62,225 nucleotides of DNA from Chthoniobacteraceae bacterium (GTDB taxonomy: Bacteria > Verrucomicrobiota > Verrucomicrobiia > Chthoniobacterales > Chthoniobacteraceae), in the NCBI GenBank assembly GCA_947448395.1, contig CANFNA010000001.1, forward strand, positions 1 to 62,225, given 5' to 3'. The notes under the pieces are model-generated. The model searched no databases and was not told the origin of the DNA. It was given only the letters and a program-made list of their open reading frames with translations. Of the stretch, positions 37,274 through 45,542 are shown piece after piece (within the stretch, counting starts at the first letter, position 1; each line of letters starts with the position of its first letter). The translations under genes were made by a program, and so were the position numbers.

Positions 37274-37433
37274 GGAGTGGTAGCATAGCGTAAGAGCGAG
37301 AAAGACGCCTCTGCGAACTCCGTTTTCGCGGAAACGAGGGGTTAGGTTAGCTCGAATTGCCGCGGAGGTGGGCGGGAAACCGGTGCCTGAGATCTCTTTG
37401 ACGGCGAGAGTTTTCGGGTCATAAAACTCAGCC

Positions 37434-37865
37434 ATGGATTTTCCCTTTCGTTCTCCTCGCAGTGAAGTGGGCGGCATCGTCGTCTTTGGCCGCATTTTGG
37501 ATAAGATTCGTTATTTTGCGCGCGAAGGTCGTCTGCCCGAGGGCTATCACCTAGGTCCCATAGAAGGAGGACGTACTTTTGATGACCGTGTGTGCCGATT
37601 CTTAGGAGTGAGTTATGAAGATCTCACGCGGCGCACTTTGGAAGGCGGGACGGACGAGGAAGTCTTGGATTGGTGCTTTAAGCGGGGTCGTAGGCCTGAC
37701 GCGGAGCAGATTGAGATTTGGAACACCTTCATGGGAAAACGTGGTTGGCGCGATAGCGCTTCGGGGGGGCTGGCCAGACAAAAGGAGGAAGCAGGTCTTG
37801 GGACCCGTGACGATATTGTGGTCTTCTTTGACCTGATGGACGTGGAAGAAGGTCGGGCTCTCTGA
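37434..37865 (+). CDS. DUF5069-like protein
   Basis: FPFRSPRSEVGGIVVFGRILDKIR...LPEGYHLG...TDEEVLDWCF resembles the DUF5069 family signature. Confidence 0.55.
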   Translation: MDFPFRSPRSEVGGIVVFGRILDKIRYFAREGRLPEGYHLGPIEGGRTFDDRVCRFLGVSYEDLTRRTLEGGTDEEVLDWCFKRGRRPDAEQIEIWNTFMGKRGWRDSASGGLARQKEEAGLGTRDDIVVFFDLMDVEEGRAL

Positions 37866-37956
37866 GATGGCTCGGCGAGGGCGTTGTTGCCCAAGCGCAC
37901 CTTCACAGCAATGACACGTTGACTTCGAGTCTCTGCCTTGGCGCACTCGTCCCTGT

Positions 37957-38931
37957 ATGCCACTTCATATTCCCTCTTACTCGTTGACGCGACGGACGCT
38001 GCTATCTCGCATTCTTCAGGCTACGGGGGCAGCGGCAGCAGCACAATTTTGTGCAAATTCCATCGCCGAAACGCCTGGGAAAGAGGGCGTTAAAAAGGAG
38101 GCTTGGGCCTTGTTTTCCGACACGCATATTGTTGCCGACGTGGCGATGAACGCTCGGGGTATAAACATGGCGGATCACCTTCGACAGTCGTTGAACGAGG
38201 CACTGAGCGCCCATCGGGAGCTGCCGTTTTCAGGCCTTATGGTGAATGGTGACTGCGCCTATCTTGAGGGCAAAAGCGCCGATTATGCGACGTTTGCCAG
38301 TCTTTTGGAGCCAGTCTCGGCCAAGGGCATTGCTATCCATGTGACACTTGGAAACCATGATCACCGAGAGCATTTAAAGAGTGGGCTGGACAGTTACCTT
38401 GGAGCCGAGAGTGTTGCTGCGAAAAGCGGCGCGATCGAGCGGGCTGTAATCGCGGAAAAACTCTCTTCCCGAGTCACTGGACGTTTTTGCGATTGGTATC
38501 TTTTGGACTCGTTAGAGGAGACAAACCAAACACCCGGCAAAATCGGAAATGACCAGCTCAAGTGGTTGGATGAGCAGCTTAAACGCTCACCCGATCGGCC
38601 TGCACTTGTGATGGTGCACCACAATCCGCAGCCGCCGGGATTGGGGAAGGTAACCGGACTGCTCGACACAGAACCGCTTCTCTCTCTCCTGCTCGAACGG
38701 AAACAAGTGAAGGCGCTCTTTTTTGGACACACCCACGTTGCGAAGACCATCGAACTCGGTGGTCTGCATCTTGTTAATCTGCCCGCTTGCGCGTATCGAT
38801 TCAGTGAAGTGCAGCCTACGGGTTGGACGGCTGCAGTGATCGACCAAACTGGGTGTACGCTCACGCTGTTTGACACGGAAAAAAGACACTCGCTGCACGA
38901 AAAGCCAATCCGTCTGGAGTGGCGCTCCTAA
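37957..38931 (+). CDS. Tat-exported metallophosphoesterase (calcineurin-like)
   Basis: Twin-arginine-like leader LTRRTLLSRILQATGAAAAA. Phosphoesterase motifs FSDTHIV, NGDCAY, LGNHDH, VMVHHNP, FFGHTHV. Confidence 0.85.
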   Translation: MPLHIPSYSLTRRTLLSRILQATGAAAAAQFCANSIAETPGKEGVKKEAWALFSDTHIVADVAMNARGINMADHLRQSLNEALSAHRELPFSGLMVNGDCAYLEGKSADYATFASLLEPVSAKGIAIHVTLGNHDHREHLKSGLDSYLGAESVAAKSGAIERAVIAEKLSSRVTGRFCDWYLLDSLEETNQTPGKIGNDQLKWLDEQLKRSPDRPALVMVHHNPQPPGLGKVTGLLDTEPLLSLLLERKQVKALFFGHTHVAKTIELGGLHLVNLPACAYRFSEVQPTGWTAAVIDQTGCTLTLFDTEKRHSLHEKPIRLEWRS

Positions 38932-38962
38932 GCAGGCCAGCGGGGGATTTTTTCAAACGTAT

Positions 38963-39439
38963 ATGAGTGCGGATTTAATCCCACGGACCATCCTTTTGGT
39001 TTGTCTGGGGAATATTTGTCGCTCGCCCACCATGGAAGCAGTCCTCCGATACAAGGCTTCCGCCGCTGGACTAGACCTTCACGTCGACTCTGCTGGGACC
39101 GCAGATTATCATGACGGCTCGCCTCCGGATCCCAGATCTATCGGGCATGCAGCACGCCGAAGTTATGACCTTGCCCATCTCCGAGCGCGAAAGGTTAAAG
39201 CCTCTGATTTCTCGGAGTTTGATCTGATCTTGGCAGCCGATGAATCCAATGTAGCGAATCTGATGCGCATTTGCCCAAAAGCTTACCGCCACAAGATTCG
39301 TCTCTTTTTAGGAAACGGCCCCCTGCCTGACCCGTACTACGGAGCGGCGCCGGATTTTGAACATGTATTGGATTTGGTGGAGCAGCGGGCTGAGGAGCTC
39401 TTGAACGGATGGACAACGAGGAATGGAGAGTCAGCCTAA
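38963..39439 (+). CDS. low-molecular-weight protein-tyrosine phosphatase
   Basis: CX5R(S/T) P-loop in ILLVCLGNICRSPTMEAV and DPYYG general-acid motif. Start re-picked at MSADLIP (ATG 38963), just after the upstream gene's stop. Confidence 0.85.
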   Translation: MSADLIPRTILLVCLGNICRSPTMEAVLRYKASAAGLDLHVDSAGTADYHDGSPPDPRSIGHAARRSYDLAHLRARKVKASDFSEFDLILAADESNVANLMRICPKAYRHKIRLFLGNGPLPDPYYGAAPDFEHVLDLVEQRAEELLNGWTTRNGESA

Positions 39440-39530
39440 GCGGGGGTGCGTCGCGGTGGGAGCGCCAGCGCGGCGCTAATTGTTTTAGAAACTACCGCAA
39501 CTTTCCACTTTCTGAGGTGTTTGTTTCACC

Positions 39531-40199
39531 ATGATAGTTCCCCATATTTCCTCCGTGTCTCTTTCACGTGCCAGCCGCTTTGTTGCGATGTTTTCTGTAT
39601 TGCTTTGCCCGTCTCTCAAAGCGGCGAAAGATGCAGAAATTTCACCGATATTGGTGAAGGCTGGCAAGGAGCTTAAATCCGAGACGTTTTCTGAGAACGT
39701 GCTTGGACCTGATTGGAGTGTGGCAAAAGGCGACTGGCAGCCGAAGGAAGGCATTTTAGTTGGACGCGAAAAAGCGGAGGACAAACACGCTGCGGTTTGT
39801 GCATTAAACCTGAAAAACCAAAATTCAATTATCCGATTTTCCTTCTGTTTTCGAGGTTCGAAGTCTTTAGCGCTCAGCCTGAACCACGCGAAGGGTCATC
39901 TGTTTCGGTTGACTCTTAATCCCGAGACAGGGCTGCAATTGTTGAAAGACAAGGACAAAGCGGATCCCAATTCCAAGGGTGGGATCCTTGGTAAGGCGGA
40001 TGCGAAGTTTGAAGTTGGAACGTGGCACACGGTGCAGATGGAAATGCTGGATGATAAGGTGACTGTGACGACGGACGGAAAATTGAAGATCGAAGGCGCG
40101 GATCCCGCTTTAAAGACCGCCAAGACTGGTTACCGATTTGTCACCCAGGGCGAATCCGTTGAGATCGCTGCAGTGAAAGTCTGGGAAACCGCCCCGTAG
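39531..40199 (+). CDS. secreted concanavalin-A-like / DUF1080-like domain protein
   Basis: Signal peptide. The WSVAKGDWQPKEGILVG...SIIRFSFCFRG...WHTVQMEMLDDKVTVTTDG...VKVWE layout is typical of DUF1080/LamG-fold proteins. Confidence 0.45.
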   Translation: MIVPHISSVSLSRASRFVAMFSVLLCPSLKAAKDAEISPILVKAGKELKSETFSENVLGPDWSVAKGDWQPKEGILVGREKAEDKHAAVCALNLKNQNSIIRFSFCFRGSKSLALSLNHAKGHLFRLTLNPETGLQLLKDKDKADPNSKGGILGKADAKFEVGTWHTVQMEMLDDKVTVTTDGKLKIEGADPALKTAKTGYRFVTQGESVEIAAVKVWETAP

Positions 40200-40237
40200 A
40201 AATTTTCTCCAGACCGTTTTGTTGCGACTCTCTAGGG

Positions 40238-41194
40238 ATGAATGCGCTTTGCCTGAACCTGAGAAGGCGCGCATTTTTAGAGGTATTATCCGGCGTCATT
40301 TTTGCGAAGGCGCTCCAAGCGGATATCGATCCTGCCCGACTTGCCGTGGAGCAAGCCTTTGAACAAATGCGGTTGATGCCTTGGATGCGGGTTTGGCGCT
40401 CCGCGCACCTAGGAAGCATCAGGATGGTTAGTCAAAGCCCAAAACAGTTGTACCAATTAGGGATGAAGCCGGTTTGGGTAGCCACCGTTTTTCAAGGAAG
40501 CGACACCGTCGGTTATTTGATGCTCGAGGCAGAGTCCCCCTATCGGTGGGTTGAGTTTGGGGTGGATGCAGAGGCTCCGTTCGAATCCGAGGGTCTCCCA
40601 GGAAAAGCGATCGATGGGATTCCGAATCTTCAGCAGTTTCCTGTGCGAGGTAAAATGGCGGAGCGCGTTGCATCAGGATGTGTGCCTACAGCAGGCGCAA
40701 ATATGATTGGATATTGGGCGCGTCATGGATTCCCAAAATGGCTGGATTCCGGTGAATCTGAGGACGGACTCCGAGTTGCTACACAACGACTTCGCGCGCT
40801 TTTGCCGATCGCAGAATTTCCAGATGACGCGGGATATACCGATGAAGGCATGCCGCTTACAGGCTCTCATGCGAGCGGGATTGCGGCGGCGTTAGCCGCC
40901 GATGCGGAACGATTTCGCATACCGCTTAAAACAAGGGTTGGAGGGTTTCAGCGCAGCGCTTTTGAAACAGAAATTTCAGAGGGTCGTCCTGTGCTGATTT
41001 GCTGCGAGGCGCGCTTGCCTCACAAACCTCACCTGTCATGGGGGCATGCGGTCACTGCTATCGGATGGACTGAATTTTACGGCGCGTATTTTGTGATGAT
41101 ACGTGACAACTTTTATCCCACGAAAAGTCCGGATGCGGTGAGGTGGCTGCGATCGGACGCCATTTCGGAAATGGTACTTCTGCAGCCGAAATGA
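40238..41194 (+). CDS. predicted exported papain-fold (C39-like) cysteine peptidase
   Basis: RRRAFLEVLSGVIFAKALQA leader. Candidate nucleophile SGCVPTAGANMIGYW, His in SWGHAVTAIGW, downstream Asp/Asn in MIRDN. The order Cys-His-Asp/Asn matches Peptidase_C39-like domains. Confidence 0.45.
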   Translation: MNALCLNLRRRAFLEVLSGVIFAKALQADIDPARLAVEQAFEQMRLMPWMRVWRSAHLGSIRMVSQSPKQLYQLGMKPVWVATVFQGSDTVGYLMLEAESPYRWVEFGVDAEAPFESEGLPGKAIDGIPNLQQFPVRGKMAERVASGCVPTAGANMIGYWARHGFPKWLDSGESEDGLRVATQRLRALLPIAEFPDDAGYTDEGMPLTGSHASGIAAALAADAERFRIPLKTRVGGFQRSAFETEISEGRPVLICCEARLPHKPHLSWGHAVTAIGWTEFYGAYFVMIRDNFYPTKSPDAVRWLRSDAISEMVLLQPK

Positions 41195-41357
41195 GGTTTG
41201 CTTACTCGCTTCAGATTCGGCTTTTAAAAGCGTTCAGGAGGATCAGAAGGCCTGTAATAAGCGTTTGGAAAACGGACTGGGCGATACCCTAGCCGAGGGT
41301 TCTTGAAAAAGGATTGGAAATTTTTTTCCGTGAGTTAATTTCAGCACCCCAAAAGTT

Positions 41358-41433
41358 GGTGGCCGTAGCTCAATGGTAGAGCTCCAGATTGTGGTTCTGG
41401 TTGTTGCGGGTTCGAGTCCCGTCGGTCACCCCA
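41358..41433 (+). tRNA. tRNA-His (anticodon GTG), genomically encoded G-1 and CCA
   Basis: Hand-folded cloverleaf: G-1, acceptor GTGGCCG/CGGTCAC, D stem GCTC/GAGC, anticodon stem CCAGA/TCTGG with loop TTGTGGT, T arm GCGGG-TTCGAGT-CCCGT, discriminator C, CCA. Confidence 0.9.
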
Positions 41434-41451
41434 CCCTCCTCCCACCCTCCT
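41430..41451 (+). repeat. perfect 11-bp tandem duplication (CCCACCCTCCT x2) that starts inside the tRNA-His 3' end
   Basis: Read directly: 41430-41440 and 41441-41451 are identical. The first copy contains the discriminator base and CCA. Confidence 0.9.
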
Positions 41452-41498
41452 ATTTGACGGATCTGAGAGGTCAGAAATCGCTGATTCTGAAAGACTTT

Positions 41499-41957
41499 CT
41501 ACTCTGCCTCGACCGCTTGCTTTTCGAGCATCCGGTCAATAGTGGCATCTAAAAGCGCGCAATAACTCTCAAAATTGCCGCAGCGTGTATCAGGGTCGCC
41601 CTCCACTCGGAAAAGCCAGCCTTCCCCATATGGGTCTTTGGCGATTTTCTCGGGATCCGCGGCGAGTAGGCCATTGCCCTCCAAAAAATGACCCGAAACG
41701 GGACTATACAAGTCTGAGATGGCTTTGAATCCTTCCACAGAACCGACAATTTCGCCGCTTGAAACTGGGGCCCCAGTTTTCTTTTCAAACTGGTGATCTA
41801 CAAGCTCGCCAAGCATGCGAGTTGCAAACTTGGTGAAGCCGATTCTCCAAATTCCTCTCTCTTCTTGGGCCAGCCAATAATGGCTGGGGCTGAAGAGATA
41901 ATCTTTTGGCAGGTGCGTGACGAAAGTCGCGCGTTTGTAGAAGTGCGTTTCAGCCAT
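41499..41957 (-). CDS. glycine cleavage system H-like (lipoyl-domain) protein
   Basis: YLFSPSHYWLAQEERGIWRIGFTKFATRMLGELV...GEIVGSVEGFKAISDLYSPVSG...DPYGEGWLFRVEG matches the GcvH pattern, including a Lys at the lipoylation position. Start re-picked at MAETHF (ATG 41957), downstream of the ABC-F stop. Confidence 0.7.
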   Translation of the reverse strand: MAETHFYKRATFVTHLPKDYLFSPSHYWLAQEERGIWRIGFTKFATRMLGELVDHQFEKKTGAPVSSGEIVGSVEGFKAISDLYSPVSGHFLEGNGLLAADPEKIAKDPYGEGWLFRVEGDPDTRCGNFESYCALLDATIDRMLEKQAVEAE

Positions 41958-41994
41958 TGGAGTGGAGCGGTTGCTCAGTTGCAGAGCGGACAGT

Positions 41995-43992
41995 TCAGTC
42001 AGCCGCGGAGGGCTCAAGCAGGCTTGCCAGTTGCGCGGCGGCGGACTCCCACGTTCTGGTGGCGGTTTCTAACTCTTCCTGAATCAGCATCAATTCTCTG
42101 TTGAGTCTGAATGCCAAATTCGCGTCCGCATAGGATTCTGGAGACTCAAGATTCTTTGCTAGCTCTGTCTGTTTTTCTTCCAACTCAATCACTCGAGCCT
42201 CAGATGAAGACGCTGCCTTCTCGAGATCGCGGCGTGCCTTTGCTTTGGCTTGGCGCTCGGCAGCTTCGGCTTTTCTAGCCTCCCGCATCTCCTTCATTCC
42301 AAGTCCTGCGACGTTTGAGCGAGGGTTTTCTTCGGAGGAACCGGCTCGCTTGTCTGAAAGCATCTCACCCGCGGTGAGAGCTGCGCGGGCCGACACAGCT
42401 CTTGTCTTGTCCAAAAAGTAGTCGTAATTGCCGGCATAAGGGGTGAGTTGCCCAGCGGAAATGTGAAGCACCGTCTCCGCCAGCGTCCGGATGAAGTGGA
42501 CATCGTGAGAGATGAAAATGAGCGTGCCTTCGTACTGTTTGAGAGCGCCAATGAGGGCGTCGATAGAACCGATGTCGAGGTGAGTGGTAGGCTCATCCAT
42601 CAGCAGGAGGTTTGGGGGATTGAGCAAAACTTTCACGAGCGCGAGGCGTGTTTTCTCTCCTCCGCTCAGAACGGCCACGGGTTTGAAAACGTCGTCTCCA
42701 CGAAAAAGGAAAGCCCCTAGGAGACCTCGGGCCATCTGCTCGGAAACTCCCGTGGGAGCGTTCTCCATGGCCGCTTCTAGAACGGTAGCGGAGGAAGTGA
42801 GCATGTCCGTGCGGTGTTGGGAAAAGTAGCCTACCCGAACTTGGTGTCCCAGAATACACTCTCCACTTTGAGGAGTTAAAACGCCGGCAAGCAGCTTGAG
42901 GAGTGTCGATTTACCAGCGCCATTCGGGCCAACGAGAACTGTGCGCTGTCCTCGTTCAGCGAGAAAATTCATTCTCCGGTAGATCTGAAGTTCTCCGTAC
43001 GCAAAATCGATATCCCGAAGCGTGATGACTTTTTGTCCAGCCCGTGCAGGTTGAGGAAAACGAAATTGGCTTACGGACTTTTCTGCAGCTTCAGGCGCAG
43101 AAATTTTGTCCATGCGCTCAATTTGTTTGAGCTTGCTCTGCGCTTGCGTCGCTTTGCTTGCCTTGGCTCGAAAGCGGTCTGCAAATTGTTGCAGGGAAGC
43201 GATTTCACGTTGCTGATTTTTGTAGGCAGCCATCTGTTGCTCTGAGCGCGCGGCTTTTTGTACGAGGTACTCTTCGTAGTTTCCGCGGTAGCGGTGGAGT
43301 TTGCCCCTGCCTAGTTCGACGATGGATTCGACTAGCGTGTTGAGGAACTCTCGATCGTGAGAAATGACCATGATTGCACCGCGATAGGTGCGGAGGTGTT
43401 CTTGAAACCAACCGAGCGATTCGAGGTCCAAGTGATTGGTCGGCTCGTCGAGGAGTAGCAGGTCGGGTTGTTGCACCAATAGTCTTGCGAGGTGCGCGCG
43501 CATGATCCAGCCCCCGCTTAAGGTGCGCGCGGGGCGGTCAAAATCAGATTCGCGAAAGGCGAGGCCCTTTAAGATCTGTTTGGCGCGGGCTTCTACTTGC
43601 CATCCATCCTCCTCCGCAAAAACACCCATGGCGTGGTGATGAGCCTCCGATCCCTCGGGTTCGATGGAAAGAATGCGCTGTGCCTCTGCCAGCGGCTTCG
43701 AAATGGCACACGCGAGATGGAGCACGGTCTCCTCGCCAACCGGTGCGCTCTCTTGCGGCAGGAAACCGTAAGAGGCATTCTTCTCCCAACTGACCTGACC
43801 GTTGTCTGGAGAGTCTTCACGGAGGATGATGGACAGAAGCGTGGATTTGCCTGCCCCGTTTGGGCCGACCAACCCGATCCGGTCGCCTCGATTAACTTGA
43901 AGGGAGACGTCTTCGAATAGGGTGCGACCTCCGAAGGATTTCGAAATTTGGGAAAGTGTCAGCATGGGTAGGGCGGCAAAGGGGGAGGACAA
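41995..43992 (-). CDS. ABC-F family ATPase (two ABC domains, no TM domain, C-terminal coiled coil)
   Basis: Two Walker A motifs (GPNGAGKSTLLSI, GPNGAGKSTLLKL). Two signatures (LSGGWIMR, LSGGEKTR). Two Walker B motifs (LLLLDEPTNHLD, LLLMDEPTTHLD). Charged inter-domain linker and Lys/Glu/Ala-rich tail. ATG 43965 (MLTLSQISKSF) is an alternative start. Confidence 0.9.
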   Translation of the reverse strand: MSSPFAALPMLTLSQISKSFGGRTLFEDVSLQVNRGDRIGLVGPNGAGKSTLLSIILREDSPDNGQVSWEKNASYGFLPQESAPVGEETVLHLACAISKPLAEAQRILSIEPEGSEAHHHAMGVFAEEDGWQVEARAKQILKGLAFRESDFDRPARTLSGGWIMRAHLARLLVQQPDLLLLDEPTNHLDLESLGWFQEHLRTYRGAIMVISHDREFLNTLVESIVELGRGKLHRYRGNYEEYLVQKAARSEQQMAAYKNQQREIASLQQFADRFRAKASKATQAQSKLKQIERMDKISAPEAAEKSVSQFRFPQPARAGQKVITLRDIDFAYGELQIYRRMNFLAERGQRTVLVGPNGAGKSTLLKLLAGVLTPQSGECILGHQVRVGYFSQHRTDMLTSSATVLEAAMENAPTGVSEQMARGLLGAFLFRGDDVFKPVAVLSGGEKTRLALVKVLLNPPNLLLMDEPTTHLDIGSIDALIGALKQYEGTLIFISHDVHFIRTLAETVLHISAGQLTPYAGNYDYFLDKTRAVSARAALTAGEMLSDKRAGSSEENPRSNVAGLGMKEMREARKAEAAERQAKAKARRDLEKAASSSEARVIELEEKQTELAKNLESPESYADANLAFRLNRELMLIQEELETATRTWESAAAQLASLLEPSAAD

Positions 43993-44098
43993 TAGCGTTT
44001 AAGGACTGAGACCCGCGATCAAACTTTGCACACTTCCGGGGCGCGCACCTTAATTTCCATGTCCCCTTCCCTCGCAAATGTCCTTCGCATGGAAGGGG

Positions 44099-44183
44099 TG
44101 GTGCTCACGAGAGGACTCGAACCTCCACGGGTTGCCCCATACGGTCCTGAGCCGTACGCGTCTGCCAATTCCGCCACATGAGC
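44099..44183 (-). tRNA. tRNA-Leu (anticodon CAG), long variable arm, encoded CCA
   Basis: The reverse complement folds by hand: acceptor GCTCATG/CGTGAGC, anticodon stem TACGG/CCGTA with loop CTCAGGA, variable arm TGGGGCAACCCGTG, T loop TTCGAGT, discriminator A, CCA. Length 85 nt. Confidence 0.9.
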
Positions 44184-44297
44184 TTTTCCGACTAAAACGG
44201 ACTCCGACCAGTGAGTCGAAGGTCTGCCAAGATGAAAACTACGCCTGCAGAGCGCAATCCGAAAAATCAAACACCCTGCTTGTGCTCAGGTTTGAGC

Positions 44298-45392
44298 CTA
44301 GCTGACGCGCATCGGCATGAGGACGTATAGAAAGGGTTTTTGAATCTTAATCACGCCCGGACTCATTTCATCAATGAGATCGAGGAACACTTCGTCATCA
44401 GGCAACGCGCGGAGCGGGGCCATGAGGTACTCGGGATTGAATGCGATAGTGATATCGGGCCCTTTGTAGACGACCGGGATGGATTCACGACCTTCGCCGA
44501 TATCGGGTGTATTTGCTGCGATTTCGAGATTGTTCTTCGTGAAAACGAGCTTCACCGAGTTGCTTTTCTCGCTGGCTAGGAGTGAAACGCGGTGGACCGC
44601 GGCGAGGAACAATTGGCGCTCCAAAGTGACGCGCTCTCGAGCTTCGGACGGAATCACCTGCCGGTAATTTGGGTAATTGCCTTCCACCAATTTTGATACG
44701 AGACGAGTGGTCCCCACATCAAAGGCTACCTGGTTTTGAGAGACGTACATCTTGAGCTCACCATCGTCGTCCAGAAGTCTTCCGAGCTCGGTCACGCATT
44801 TGGTGGGGACGATGACTTCGACTTCTTCGCTCTGCGGAAACTCAACCTCCACATCGACCAGCGCGAGGCGGCGACCATCGGTGGCGACCATGGTGAGGCG
44901 TCCATCCTTAAATGAAAAGAGGATGCCATTCAGGACGTACCGAGTTTCGTCGGTGGAGATAGCGTAGGAAGTTTTACGGAGGGCATCGCGAAGGTCTGCC
45001 TGTTTGAGGGAGAAAGTCTTGGCGTCTTCAAATTGAGGCAGCGCAGGAAACTCGTCTTCAGGAAGACCGTGGATTTTGAAGAAGGTCTGGCCGCAACGAA
45101 TGGAGGCGATGTTTTTCGAATCGACGTCGACATGGACATCCCCGGATGTGAGCTCGCGAACGATGCTCGAGAGCCGTTTGACAGGAAGCGTGGTGCCTCC
45201 AGCTTTTTCGGTTTGGGCGCCGATGATTCCGCTGATACCGACGTCGAGATCTGTGGTGGTAAAGCGGATATGCCCATCTTGAGCCTGAATTCTGACATTG
45301 GCCAGAATAGGCAAAGTGGTTCTGGAGCTCACCACGTTCTGGACGGTCTGTAAGCCAGCAAGGAATTGCTCTTTGGCGACACTGAATCTCAT
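44298..45392 (-). CDS. dnaN: DNA polymerase III beta sliding clamp
   Basis: MRFSVAKEQFLAGLQTVQNVVSSRTTLPILANVRI... has a typical DnaN N-terminus and length (364 aa). It lies immediately downstream of dnaA. Start re-picked at ATG 45392. Confidence 0.9.
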   Translation of the reverse strand: MRFSVAKEQFLAGLQTVQNVVSSRTTLPILANVRIQAQDGHIRFTTTDLDVGISGIIGAQTEKAGGTTLPVKRLSSIVRELTSGDVHVDVDSKNIASIRCGQTFFKIHGLPEDEFPALPQFEDAKTFSLKQADLRDALRKTSYAISTDETRYVLNGILFSFKDGRLTMVATDGRRLALVDVEVEFPQSEEVEVIVPTKCVTELGRLLDDDGELKMYVSQNQVAFDVGTTRLVSKLVEGNYPNYRQVIPSEARERVTLERQLFLAAVHRVSLLASEKSNSVKLVFTKNNLEIAANTPDIGEGRESIPVVYKGPDITIAFNPEYLMAPLRALPDDEVFLDLIDEMSPGVIKIQKPFLYVLMPMRVS

Positions 45393-45542
45393 ACCTCGGT
45401 TGTTTGAAGAAAGGAGTAGGGGGAGGCAACCCAATTCAGCATGACCGCAAAGATTTCAAGTTTTCCGTTGGGCGGACTCCCCTCGGAGGAGCCTTTCGGA
45501 GATGCAACCTTCACTGAATAGAACTGGGATTCTTCCCTTAAT

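Noticed and set aside
41316-41343. Sigma70-like promoter for tRNA-His (TTGGAA - 16 nt - TAATTT, ending ~15 nt before the tRNA).
   Set aside because: The -10 matches only 3 of 6 positions. Promoter consensus for this phylum is uncertain, and nothing supports it beyond position.
41195-44297. A genomic island or prophage integrated at tRNA-His or tRNA-Leu.
   Set aside because: There are no integrase, transposase, phage or conjugation genes nearby. The flanking genes (GcvH-like, ABC-F, dnaN) are housekeeping. Only the 11-bp duplication after tRNA-His was kept, as a minor finding.
44019-44305. ORFs 44019..44270 (-) and 44078..44305 (+).
   Set aside because: Both overlap the well-folded tRNA-Leu(CAG) at 44099..44183. 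They are artefacts of the tRNA sequence.
45393-45542. The dnaA-dnaN intergenic spacer as the origin of replication.
   Set aside because: There is no 9-mer within two mismatches of TTATCCACA on either strand, and no AT-rich stretch.
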